A DNA stretch of 53,889 nt, counting the filler, from Squatina squatina (lineage: Eukaryota): assembly GCA_031763465.1 (NCBI GenBank). It is 3 parts of 3 records of this genome, joined end to end, with 100 filler letters (N's around TTAATTAATTAA, not from the genome) between each part and the next. Parts side by side here need not be neighbours in the genome. Positions count along the whole stretch, not along the records: positions 1 to 17,873 come from JARFOE010000115.1; 2 more parts are not named here. One strand, written 5' to 3'. Shown piece after piece: positions 1-12,518 of this stretch. Position 1 is the stretch's first letter; the number at the start of each line of letters is the position of its first letter. Below the pieces are notes generated by a model. The model was not told the origin of the DNA, searched no databases, and saw only the letters and a list, made by a program, of their open reading frames with translations. The position numbers and the translations under genes were made by a program.

Positions 1-1261
1 TGGATTATAGCAAAAGGAATCAGCATTAATTCTGCAGTCTTTCAAGGCAAAATATTTATCTTTCAAATCTCAACAAATTTATATTGAAAAAATACTACTT
101 GCGCAGAATATGGATTATTTGTTTGAAAATGTCAAATAAAACTAGGTTTATTAAATTATCCGATAAATCTACTAAAGTGCACTGAGATCAATGATCACTA
201 GTATGCTCACTTTACTGCAGAAATTTCCCAATGATAATTCACAGCAACTACTGATGACCTAATGGTGTGATTTCAAGACCTATTTAAAGCTATTTTTGTA
301 GTAAATAAAATGTTACACCAGCAAGCGCATATTATTGACATCATAGTTGTATTTTATATTTTTACACAGAATTCTTGCAAAATTAGATTCCACATCATAT
401 AAGCAACAACAGTACCAAGTTCTGCAAAGAAAGGTCAACTCCTGACAGTATGAATACCACTGCTTCTTAATTGAAACCATTTTCTGACAGCTTCATAAAC
501 AATGCAAACCTAAGTTGCTAGGTTGATGTCATGCTGAATTTCTTGAAAGTTATTTTTACATCTCAAATGTCAGACACATTATAATACACCAGTAAAGAAT
601 ATATTTTGCAACCAACTCAGTCTCAATGCTATATAAGTGAGTTAGATAGACATGCTCGGAGTTATAAAACATTAAAATCAAAGGCTAAAATATTCGACAT
701 AAGAAGTGGTAACATAAGCTTTAAAATATCTCTAAGATATTTTGCACTTTTAAAGCAATTAAGTCGCTTCAAATAGTAACAGTGGGTGGCATCTATTTAT
801 GGCACACAAACAAAGACGTCCCACTTAATATAGTCAGTTCTTCAAGTTGCAAAATCCAATGAATAAATGTGAGCGTTCATTAAAAAAATATTGACCACTT
901 CAAGGAACATTGACTTGTTGGTATAGAACAGAAAAGCAGTCAAGCACAATAAAAGCTCCTTGATAAATATTACATTTTAACAGCAACAGGTTTTAGAGTT
1001 GACGCCCCCTCAGTTATGTTATCTAATGTGTGCACATTGTCTGCTACAAACCATATGGAAGGGGCATGTGAAAACATTGTTGATTTAAAAATACTGCTAT
1101 ACTAAAAGGGCAAAGTTTTATTACAATGAATTGTTGCAATGGGTTTTCTCACACCAATGTTTTCACCCTTCCCCACTGCGTCCCCTAAACATTGTAATAA
1201 GAAAAGCATAAAAAGGCAACAATTCTGAAAAAAAAAACCAGAATAGCCTACTATCCATACC

Positions 1262-1428
1262 TCAGCCTTGACTCACATAGCATCCTCCCCTCTCAGATTA
1301 TGAGTTCAAGCCCCACTAATAGGGCTTGAGAACATAATCTAGGCTGTTATTTTGTTGTAGTAGTGAGGATGTACTACTGCATTATGGAGGTACTGCCTTT
1401 AAAATGAAGCACAATCAGGGTCCTGTCT
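1262..1428 (+). mobile_element. Decayed SacSINE1/Deu-type SINE, 5' part
   Basis: B-box-like GAGTTCAAGCCC, then CTTGAG..CATAATCTAGGCTG and GGAGGTACTGCCTTT as in the other copies. Confidence 0.65.
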
Positions 1429-1431
1429 ATA

Positions 1432-1809
1432 CAAGAACTTGGAGCAGGACCAGGCCACACGGCCACTCGAGCCTGATTCGCCACTCAGTAAGACCACAGC
1501 TGATCTCCATGTCCCTTGATTCCCTGAACTCCAAAAATCTATCTACCTAGGCCTTGAATATACGCAATGACTCAGCATTCAAAGCCCTTTGGGGTAGAGA
1601 ATTACAAAGATTCATAATCCTCTGAGTGAAGAAACTCCTCATCTCAATCCTAAATAGCTGACCCCTTTTCCTGAGACTATGCTTCCTAGTTCTAGACTCT
1701 CCAGCCAGGGGAAACAACCTCTCAGCATCTACCCTGTCAATCCCCCTCAGAGTCTTACATATTTCAATGAGATCACCTCTCATTATTCGAAACTCCAGAG
1801 ACTATAGGT
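1432..1809 (-). mobile_element. CR1-group LINE 3' end
   Basis: MRGDLIEICKTLRGIDRVDAERLFPLAGESRTRKHSL...FFTQRIMNLCNSLP is the typical CR1 ORF2 C-terminus, followed by the 3' UTR. Confidence 0.9.
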
Positions 1810-3802
1810 NNNNNNNNNNNNNNNNNNNNNNNNNNNNNNNNNNNNNNNNNNNNNNNNNNNNNNNNNNNNNNNNNNNNNNNNNNNNNNNNNNNNNNNNNNN
1901 NNNNNNNNNGCCTCCATAAAGCCTTTGACTGATGATAAAGAGGCGCTAAAAAGTACCCAATTTCAGGCCCCAGGTCTTTATATTTAGTCCATTTCAAGTT
2001 CAGTATGAAAATGATTTAATACAGAAATTTTGCAGTTTGAAGTATGATTCCTTTGTTATACAACTGGGAACCATGAAAAAGCTACTGCAGGTTGTAGTCA
2101 GTGTAAATATACAACACAATCTTGAAGAATTTCAAATACATGCTCCTGTTAAATTGTTTCGATAAATCTTTTACTTTTCAGTATGAGTAATATCAGTGCG
2201 AGAGAACCAAGGCATACTCAAGTTACATTTTTCTTTGAGTGATTTTGGATTGCTTCTGCAGTAGAGATTTGTGTTAGTGACCTAGTTAAACTTGCAAAAT
2301 ATTCTCCATCAAAACAAGGATTTTCACAAAAAGTGCTTTTGCGGCTTGCAGAAATTGTCCAAAAGGCAATGCTTCTAAAATGCATTGATAGAATAAAGCA
2401 ATATTTTCACAAATAATGTAATGTGAAAGCCTGGGGCAGGGCAACATTCCTAACTAAGAAGCTTAGAATGAAACCAGGTAGCAGATGTAGCATGAGGCTT
2501 CAGATAAGCAAAGTTTTGCATCTTAGGAAGGCATAGAATTNNNNNNNNNNNNNNNNNNNNNNNNNNNNNNNNNNNNNNNNNNNNNNNNNNNNNNNNNNNN
2601 NNNNNNNNNNNNNNCTCAGTTAAATTGTCACGTTTGAAGCTGCTTCTAAAATAAAGCACTTTCTTCAAATTAAGACAAGCCTCCTGTAAAGATATATGTT
2701 CTAACTCAGAGACAAATGGTGTATATGAATTTTAGTATCTTCCAGCAGAGCATGACAATTCCATCAAGGCACATCGGCTGCAGACAGATTGGGACAAAAC
2801 GTTGCCATTATTTTTTTCCCCTTTCTGTTACTTATAAGAAGGTATTAGGTCTGACACAACCCCATCTCAAATCTCTTAGGGACATAATATCCCCACAGGC
2901 TCAGCTTCTTGTCAAAAGCAATTATTTAGGGTGAAGGGAATAGAAAGTGCAGCGGAAGTCACATTAGCTGAAAGTAGTGATGCATGAGTTTGACTTAATA
3001 CTCCCCACCTCAATAAATGTCCTCTCAAGCCTGTTCTTCGATCCCTGAAGCAAAAAAAAAATGATTTCTGAAAAATGAATCATATCTCAAAGCTTGCTGT
3101 CAATGTGCAATGCAGCCAGCGTCCTTGAAAATGGTTTCAGATTAGAGAAGCACTTATATATTCAACAAGGGGTAATGCTGTCTCAAGGCTGATATTTTTT
3201 GGAATATTTTATTTTTTTAATAAAAAGTTGCAAAAACACTTAATTTCCAAGGACATAAATTCCATAAAAACTGTATACAAAAAATTATATCTACTGAACT
3301 CGAACTCGAACATATATGATACAAAAACATAAGACATTTTAAAATTTGCTAAGAAATTAAGGGCACCCCATTCGGGGTTTTTATTTTGGCACCAAATGAG
3401 CAGTAAATCAGCATCATGTGCTTAATGCTGATTTTGGGCATTAAACTTAGTGTCGGACAATTCGGGTCCCCCAAAAAAATGGCGCTAAACGGGCGCAAAC
3501 CTGGTAAGGCTGGAANNNNNNNNNNNNNNNNNNNNNNNNNNNNNNNNNNNNNNNNNNNNNNNNNNNNNNNNNNNNNNNNNNNNNNNNNNNNNNNNNNNNN
3601 NNNNNNNNNNNNNNNGTACCCCTATAAAAAATAGTAAAAATAAAGACAAAGGAAAAATACATTAAAATATAATGACTGTATATAATGTTCTAGATATAAC
3701 ATTTATATTCTTATGAGTGGTTCTGTTGAATTTTAGTAGCAGAATGAATATAGGAATAGAAGAGGTCCTCTTCTGGAAGGAAGAATTACTCTGCTACCTA
3801 CT

Positions 3803-4275
3803 CGGTCTTGGCTAAGCGATAGCAGTCTCGCCACTGAGTCAGAAGGTTGTGGTATCAAGCACTACGCCAGTGACTTGAGTACATAATCCAGGGTGATACA
3901 TTCTCAGAGGTACCGTCTTTCCGATGATTCATTAATCTGAGGTCATATCTGCCCTCTCAAATGGACAGGAAAGATTCCATGGCTCTATTTGAAGAAAAGC
4001 AGGGGAGTTCTCCCAATGTCCTGGCAAATAGGATGAAAAAACTGATGATCTAGTCATTTATCTCACTATTTATGAGATCTTGTTAGGAGTAAACTGGATG
4101 CTCTGTTTTGCTTTCATATAGAATTATATAGAAAGTATAGCACAATAACAGGCCATTCGGCCCACATGGTCCATGTCAATGTTTATGCTCCACACGAGTG
4201 ACTACACTTCATTGGCTGTGAAGTGCTTTGGAGCATTTTGAGAAGATGAAGGGTGCTGCATAAATGAAAGCTCTT
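3803..4275 (+). mobile_element. SacSINE1/Deu-type SINE interrupted by a short LINE tail (~4119-4196)
   Basis: tRNA-like head, GAAGAAAAGCAGGGGAGTTCTCCC core, tail CATTGGCTGTGAAGTGCTTTGG. Confidence 0.75.
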
Positions 4276-6163
4276 TAATTGCAGCAAAATCAAAAGGTTT
4301 GCATAAAGAAAATGTTTGCAGTTAGCAAACAGGAATTCCTCCTTCCTGGTGTAAATCCTTTGTCTTGCAATGTTGCTGTCTTTCCTGCTATTAAAATATA
4401 ACATTTACCATTGTGCCATCATGTTGCAGAAAACTGTAATGTAGTGGAACAGATATTGAGTGACATTCAATGATAATATGAAGATAGAATTCATTGATAA
4501 GTGACCATTATTCCTGACAAACCCCATTGATGGGTGTATGATGAGGGAGGTAATATGTGAAGAAAGCAATTCTCATTATTTTTAGGTACTAAGGATACTA
4601 AGGATACTGGAAAATAATGAGTGTAAGTGGCCACCTGATATAATGAACTAATAACTGAGTAAAATAGGTAATCAATTAATCAATCAATACAAATAGCTTA
4701 GAACAGGAAGTGAAACCCATGGCATTCAAGTAGTGGAGCCATCCATGTACAGATAAAAAAAAAGCAATTGAGAATCATATTAGGGACAAACCATTAGACA
4801 GTTATTGAGATGGGAAGCTCATGTATATTTTCCTAAGGTAAAGGGAAAGGAATAGGAAGCCCAGATCATTTTGAGTAATTTGTCTGCTATGGCATGATTT
4901 TGCATAACTTAGCCCTGAGCAATTAGAATACTTTATTTTTGATGGAAGCTTCATGTTGTGTCACAAAGATGATCAGGAAGTATGATAATAACAAAATTTA
5001 AAAAGTGCTGTAGATTTATTTTCTTGGGTAGTAATACAAAGCTCAAAAGTGGATGCAATTGAATCTGTGAAACTCTTCACGCTATTGGATGACTTGCAAA
5101 ACATCCAGATTTGGTAGTATGCCCATTGAACACTTTAAATTTAAACATCAAGAATAAGTACACCTAAATGTATTTTAATTTTGAGAAAAAGCATTTAAAG
5201 CGACAAACCTGGCATAATTGAAAACTGTTAAAAACATCAACAACTCACTCAGTGTTAAGCAGTCTCTTTGCCANNNNNNNNNNAGCTATTGATGTCTACA
5301 AAACAGGTACTGAAGCTGCATATAAATTGAAAATGATTCCCCATTTCAGGCAATAAATTTTGCGTAAATCACAAAATGGCATTTGATCTTTGATCACTGC
5401 TGTTTGATGGAATTAAAGCAAATTGAATTTATGCCATCTTGCTTGATGGACTGATAATGCTGCAAGTTTGGCACAGCTGATGGTTTATCTACAGTTATCT
5501 GGGATGGCAGATTCCATAAGATTTTTGATTTTAATAGTTACGTAGGTTGTGAAGAAATTGGATATTCACTAAGTGGGTCAAGGGTGCCTCAGGGTTTGGG
5601 TTCCACTGTGAGTATAAGTCAAAAAGAATATTCTACATGTTAACTTTCTACTCGAGAAAGATAATTAAGCAAAGTTGGTTTTTAGCATTGCAATACCATA
5701 CATTAATCCAAAAATGAAAGGACAGCTGATGATCAGCATAGTATACCTTTTGCAGGAAGAATTAGATAAATATTTGACCAAAAGTTGTTTAAAAAGCAAA
5801 GTCCAGCTAATGTGATATTTTAAATGCTATTCTTTCATCTTTGATTTCATTTAAATAGTCCTGATCAGTGGTTTATTTCCATTTCACAATTCACATTGTT
5901 ATTTTATGTTTTTGCTAGTCCTTGCCCAGGGTTTACAAGGATTAATTTTATGTACTACTTTTAATAAGCATTTAGGTAATATCACAGAGAGCAGCAAGTA
6001 AAGCACGTCCACTGTGATTTTTCTGTGAAACAATTTTAGCCAATGCCAAGGGTAGGCTTGTCATAAAACTGTGTATATATGAAATCTCGTTACACATTTT
6101 CCTGATGTTCATTAACAAAATTCTGTTATATTCTGTTATATGACCACAATCATCTTAGATATT

Positions 6164-6798
6164 GAGCCTGAAATTGCAATCTCCCCGGGTGGGCCTCGCA
6201 AGTTCCGAATCTCGCGCTGCACCAGATCATCCGCTTCTATTAGAAATGAGATTTCCAGAGTGGAGTTGCGATATTTTGTCAACTCTTGCCCGTGGAAATC
6301 ACTTTAACTTTTTTACACATGGTTTTACCAGTGTAAGAGTTTTAAAAAATGTAAAAATTAATGGTACTTTACTTTAAAACCTTTCGCATTGAGGTAAGTA
6401 TGTTTTTAAACATTTTAAAAGATATTTTTTGAAATTAAAAAAAAAATTGTATTATTTATCTCATTTTTATTAAATTTTAATGCTACAATCATTTTTAAAA
6501 TGTTTTTTGATGTGCTTGTGTAGTTTTGTATCTCATCCCAGTTTTGACAGATCTGTTAGATCTGTCAAAGCTTGAATGAGAGATACTCCTACCTAATTGG
6601 TTGGGGCCTCCCATGTGGGCTCTCCAGTCTCTCCGCAAGACTTAGACAGGAAAGACCAGAGGAACGTTGCGAATGCCCAACTGTGGGGGCAGAAAATCGC
6701 AAGTTCACGTGGATCCAGGACTGTCAGGTAAGTTCGTAGGCATTTTTGCGATCGGAGGCATCTGTACACAAGAAGCCTCCGATCGCAAATTCAGGGCC
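6164..6798. mobile_element. Non-autonomous DNA transposon (Harbinger/Tourist-like) with internal palindromes
   Basis: Ends GAGCCTGAAATTGC / GCAAATTCAGGGCC; 6690-6798 is the approximate reverse complement of 17568-17680. Confidence 0.65.
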
Positions 6799-9226
6799 AA
6801 AGCGTTTAATTGGGTCACCTGCCGCTTTCTGTTGGGTCCGCTCAGTACTGACAGACCCGCCATTGGGAAAAGCGCATTGCAGTGGGTTGACAGTGGGTTC
6901 CGAACCCGCTGTCAAAAAAACCCACTTTCCCACCCGACCCCCCACCAATCCTGCCCGCTGATACCTTGGAAAATTCTGGCCTCAGGTTCTACAACTTCAT
7001 ATGTTCCTGAATGTCACCTTAGTGAAAAAAATGCTTTTTTTCCAATACAGCAATAAAGCATAATATGAAGATTCGGGTATCCCATTGCACCTGTTTCTAC
7101 CAGCCGTAAAACTTTCATACTTAATTGGTGGGCAATTAGTCCAACTCTGTTAGGTTTTAAATGTCAGTGCAGTGTTGGTGCGAATGGTCTGTCAAGTCGG
7201 AACTTGACAGATCACAAAATCTGAATTTAATCCTGAACTTGTTGCGCATTTCAAAGGTGGTCAGAATATGCCGTCAAACCCACCGCAAATTCTGGCCTAT
7301 TGTTTTTAGCTAAGCCTCAGTGTAACAATTGAGCAGGAGAGTGGTTATGGTGAATGATCAAATCCTGCCAACCAATATATGCAAATGGTTACAAATAGGA
7401 TCACAAGATAGTAATGATAAACAATTGTCAGAAGTATCTTTACCTCATGAAGTACTCTTACAGAGTAGGGTATGCAGGAAGTAATTTGTTCTGTGCTTGG
7501 AACACAGGCCCACTGTGTCAACATCAGTGATATGATTCTATGGAAAGAAGTCGTAAGCATAAATGGATACTCCTTTGTTCAGTATTTGGTCAATTTGGAA
7601 TGATTTCTAGGTGGTTGTTATGTCAGGGATTGCAAATCCAGTTAGAGTTGACAAGTTGGTCTCAAGGCCATAAATCTGTGTAATGTAATGTAAATCACTT
7701 GGTTTGTAAAATTTGATATGGCCGGCTGCTTGAAGTCTGTAGTTATAACTACCTCAGCATGAAATATGCTGCAAATAGGGAAGGTGAATTCAGGCATCAC
7801 CTCAAATGACAAGCCTGTGCTCATTGCAGTATGTTTCTAAATCAGCTGGCAACTTCTGACAAAGGTCAGGAATTAGTCATTTTGATCAATTGAATTGTTG
7901 ATGACATATGGGGGTAGACAGGACAAGAATATATAATTGGGGCTGATATATCCTCTTCCTTCCCTAACCAGTCTCACTCTGTTTTGGCAGAAATAAGAAT
8001 ATGCTATGTTTCCTCTGCAGCTTTTTGGTGGGACATTTTCATTTATATACTGCATAAATGCACTAATGTACAGCTGAGAAAAACTTCCAATAGGACTAAT
8101 CTGCTGAAATCTGTGTGATGTAAAATTTGTGCAAGTTATTCTTTCCTCATAATCCAACTCTATTTGGAAAATATGCCATTGGAACTTTATAACAACTGAT
8201 TATTCTGACAGTTTAGTTATGATCAAAATACCAGGGACATCTTTGCTGAGGTAACAAATTAACAACTTTAATTTTTCATATGAGCAGACAGTACTGCTCA
8301 GTCAAGCAGTAAAGATTATTGGATGTCAAAACTACTCTCTGTGTTAAATTTTGTCAATTTTAATCTTATGAAGACTGAAACTCTCTGAACATTGTGAGAA
8401 AGGTCTGAATGATTTATACATGTTTTTTTCTCATTCAGCATTATCTACTACATTTATAGATGACTATCGATGAAATGCTGAAAAGTTGTGTCTCTTAAGA
8501 CAGACAGATTCTGTATGGTATGGGTAATGTCCATCTTTTACTACAGTAAACTGGGTCAAACAGATAGGGGGAATTTTAACAAGGGTGAGCATGTGAGTTT
8601 GGGTATGTTTGGGCTTTGCTCCTTCTCCCAGGGTCAGGGATCTCCCCAACCCACCCGGTGTTGTGGATCGGACACCAGCCCCCTGGGGTCAAGGATCCCC
8701 CCTCCCACCCAGTGTCGTGGATCGGACTCCGCCCTACCCCTCACCGCGGTAGGGGATCGGGCCGACANNNNNNNNNNCTCCTGCTGCCTGCTCCGAAGTG
8801 CTCCCTGCCCGACTGGAAGCCAAGCCAATCAGGCTGACTTGCAGCCAGGAAAACTCCACAGCATGCGGGGACCTCTGGGTTTCCCCATCTAAAACTCTGT
8901 CCCCACCCCGCCAATAGCCTATGTAATCTTCCCCTGATAGTATCTAGACTATAGATTCTGTTCCATCCACATCAGTGAAGCAATTCATAAACTTCGCAGT
9001 CACATTATGAAATATGTCCTACATGAACCAAAATCATAATGCTAAAGTATGAGATAAGAATGCTGACTGCTATAGTTGGGACATAACAAATATAGTAATA
9101 CATGTATTACTTTCAGTAAGTATAAACAATAATATAAGATTAGCTTGCACTGATGGGAAACATAAAAAGTGCCAGCGTTAAGTTCAAAATCTTATTTTTT
9201 ATGTTATGTTTCTACATTTAGATAAA

Positions 9227-9373
9227 GGGGATGAAATTCCCTCATGCCTCTGTGGAGGGCTAGCGCCCAAAGATTTCAGGTGACTAGCACTTCCATTCGT
9301 AGGCAACATCGCAAAATTCGGGACTTTTTTTTCCTAGGCGAGATCGTCAGGGCGAGAACGGCATCTTTAGGCG
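9227..9373 (+). repeat. Repeat terminus also at 33640-33689
   Basis: GGGGATGAAATTCCCTCATGCCTCTGTGGAGGGCTAGCGCCCAAAGATTT versus GGGGGTGAAATTCCCTCAAGCCTCTGGGGAGGGCTGGCGCTCAAAGATTT; both run into gaps. Confidence 0.8.
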
Positions 9374-10447
9374 NNNNNNNNNNNNNNNNNNNNNNNNNNN
9401 NNNNNNNNNNNNNNNNNNNNNNNNNNNNNNNNNNNNNNNNNNNNNNNNNNNNNNNNNNNNNNNNNNNNNNNNNCTACTTTAGAGCATTAAAGTACTTCAC
9501 TTCATATTAAATACACTTTAATAAAATAGGCATACAAGAGATCTACTGAGAAACAGCTTGCTATGTCTTTCTATGGTACTTAATTTTGGGGAAGAATTTG
9601 ATTCAAGACCTTATAATTTCTCATGTGTATAATTGCATTAATACCAGTACAAGCCAATTTAACCTAGTCAACTGTAATGAACAATGTGCATTTTTTCGAA
9701 AAGTATTAAAATTGATTATCAAATGAACTGGATTTTCATCATGTTCTATTAGCACAGCAGTAATGATCTCTCTAACTTGAGAAAAAAATGTAGTTTTTTG
9801 GGCAACGCACTCAAGCTAAACATGAAAGAGCTGATCTGTCAAAAATATTAAATTAAATTAAGGGAGGATAGTATAATTTCATGATCTCAATAGAAGGTTA
9901 CTGAATATCCAATAAGAGACTTTAATTAGCTTGTTGGACCAAGGACTAATCTATATCCAGCAAATGATATTAATCTCTATTTCTTTAGTAACCTCCTCAA
10001 TTCATATTTGTTCCCAGTTTTGTAAATAAAACACTAGCAAACATTTCTGATTGTTTTTAATCTCTTATCCCTTAGGGTAAATACAATTTTGGGAATATCA
10101 ATACAAGAGAACACAGGGAAAGAGCGATTGCATGAAAAAATCAATTAAATACCTAGAAATCATTTTATTTAAAACTAGAAATAAGCAAAGATATACCACC
10201 ACTTTAATTTTCACACCCAAACAAATGTCAAAAAAATACTGAATAAAACATTTGAAAATAAGAAAGGGAAATAATGGGCCTGAGATTGGGATCGGAGTTA
10301 GATGTGGCCCTTACGGCAAGGGGGATCAGGGGGTATGGAGAGAAAGCNNNNNNNNNNNNNNNNNNNNNNNNNNNNNNNNNNNNNNNNNNNNNNNNNNNNN
10401 NNNNNNNNNNNNNNNNNNNNNNNNNNNNNNNNNNNNNNNNNNNNNNN

Positions 10448-10760
10448 AGCTAGGGGAAACATCCTTCCTGCATCTACCCTGTTGAGCCCTGGAAGAATTT
10501 TGTGTGTTTCAATGCGGTCACTTCTCATTCTTCTAAACGCTAGAGAATACAGGCCTAGTCTACTCAATCTCTCCTCATAGGACAATCTGCCACCCCCTCA
10601 TCCCAGGAATCAGTCTAGTGAACCTTCATTGCACTCCCTCTGTGGCAAGTATATCCTTCCTTAAGTAAGGAGACCAAAACTGCACATAATACTCCAGGTG
10701 AGGTCTCACCAAGGCTCTGTATAATTGTAGTAAGACATCTTTACTCCTGTACTCAAATCC
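10448..10760 (-). mobile_element. CR1-group LINE ORF2 fragment
   Basis: SYEERLSRLGLYSLAFRRMRSDRIETHKILPGLNRVDAGRMFPLA. Confidence 0.9.
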
Positions 10761-12148
10761 AACTCACAGCAAACAAAGTCTATTTAGTTAGCGAACAGTC
10801 TATTTAAACAGCACACTACAGCAAACAGTCTACGGAGTCTTCTTAACAAGAGTTTCTATGAATTAGAGGAAACAGAACTCATGACTAAAACTATAGCAAC
10901 TCCTCCCAACAAAAGCAGGATGATTTCTCTGGCAAAGTGCAGTGAGTTGAGATAGTTTCATACAAATTATGTGCGTAAAATCAATCCCAGCAACTTAACA
11001 GGCATGATTGATGGGGCTTTGCCCCATCATCTCCATTCTGGCTGGAAATGTGCAAAAATTCTGAAAAAAATACTCTCTGCCCACCTTGTTGAAATTCACC
11101 TGTGTATCATGAAGTCCTTGAAACATTTTAGTTCTTGATATCAAAGACCATTTAAAATGTCGATGGCCCTGAACCACTTCATGATTAAATGTCACTATTT
11201 GGAATCAATGATTATATTTAGTGTATTTACATTGAACTGAAACTTTGTGGTCATGAAAATCAGAATTGATTTGTATTTGCAATCCTGCAGTGAAGCAGGT
11301 TTCTTATTGTTTGAGTTTTTCAAGCATCTTTCTCTCTCAGAGCAAAAGACTTTGGGCCCCTGACAGAGTAGAACAGTTTGGATTTAAACCCATTTTAAAT
11401 TTAGGTTGCTTTTACATTTAATTTGGATTCTGTCTCCTATTAGATCTGTGTAAGCTTCTGAAGAGGCAATGTGTTTAATGCAGAGCAGCAGAATTTATGA
11501 GGTCAAAGAAGTGACAAAAACAAACTGAGAAGCCTGACTCTAAAGATGAGCTTAATTAATGTGGAGGTGCAGAACACAATAAATATGCATAGGCTTTGGC
11601 ACAAAAGTCAACATAAATAGAAGCCAAGGTTTACAGATGGAACATCTACCTCAATAAAGTTAGAGGTGATGTTAGCCAATTGGAATTTTTGAGGAAAATG
11701 AGTACAGCCTCCAAAGAAAATACTGAATTTATTTAGAATGATGTAGAGCAGGCAGGACAAGTAACAGATGAGGTGGAAGAGAAAGAAACTGACCCAGCAA
11801 TATGCTGACTAGATTGAATTTGAGCCCAAGGCAATGGAGTATTGTGTGATCAGCAAAGGCACTGCAGCCTGAGGGAGTGTGAACACAATGCACGCCTGGG
11901 AATGTTGAAAAGACTCCGACTTAAATAATAACTGAATCTACTGAAGGGGATTCCTGGAGTTCTTTAGAAAAGGACAGGGTAAAGGTAGCAGTAGGAGCTC
12001 AGGATTGCTGGCTAAAAGTTCTTCTTTGTATTCTTATTAATGCTGCTATNNNNNNNNNNNNNNNNNNNNNNNNNNNNNNNNNNNNNNNNNNNNNNNNNNN
12101 NNNNNNNNNNNNNNNNNNNNNNNNNNNNNNNNNNNNNNNNNNNNNNNN

Positions 12149-12518
12149 NATTGAAATGGAGCTGGGAGACAAAGTTACAACGAAGCCCAGTTCCAGAACT
12201 TTCTATAACGCTAAAAGTTGAGAGTAGAGGTGTGTCAACGCCCAAAAAATGGGGCGTTGACAATGCTAAAGTCAAGACCTTGTAGCCTTGTCCAATTCTA
12301 GAGCGCTAGTCTTATTTGTGCTTTGCTGATGACATCATCGGGACTCTACCGCCAAAACTCGCGATTGTGGCCTAAACCCGTTAATGCCCATTTATCGCCG
12401 GTGTTAACAGGTAGACAAATTTCGCGCCAAAATGTTTAACGCTATAAGTTGGCGTTAAGCAATTTGCACCCATTTAACGCCATTTTAACACCTAAATAAA
12501 ACTACAAATTGGGTGCCC
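12149..12518. mobile_element. CpG-rich Harbinger-like MITE end (related ends at 3361-3515 and 13382-13663)
   Basis: Ends AAATTGGGTGCCC followed by TTA; the copy at 3361 starts GGGCACCCCATT preceded by TAA (TWA target typical of PIF/Harbinger). Confidence 0.55.
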
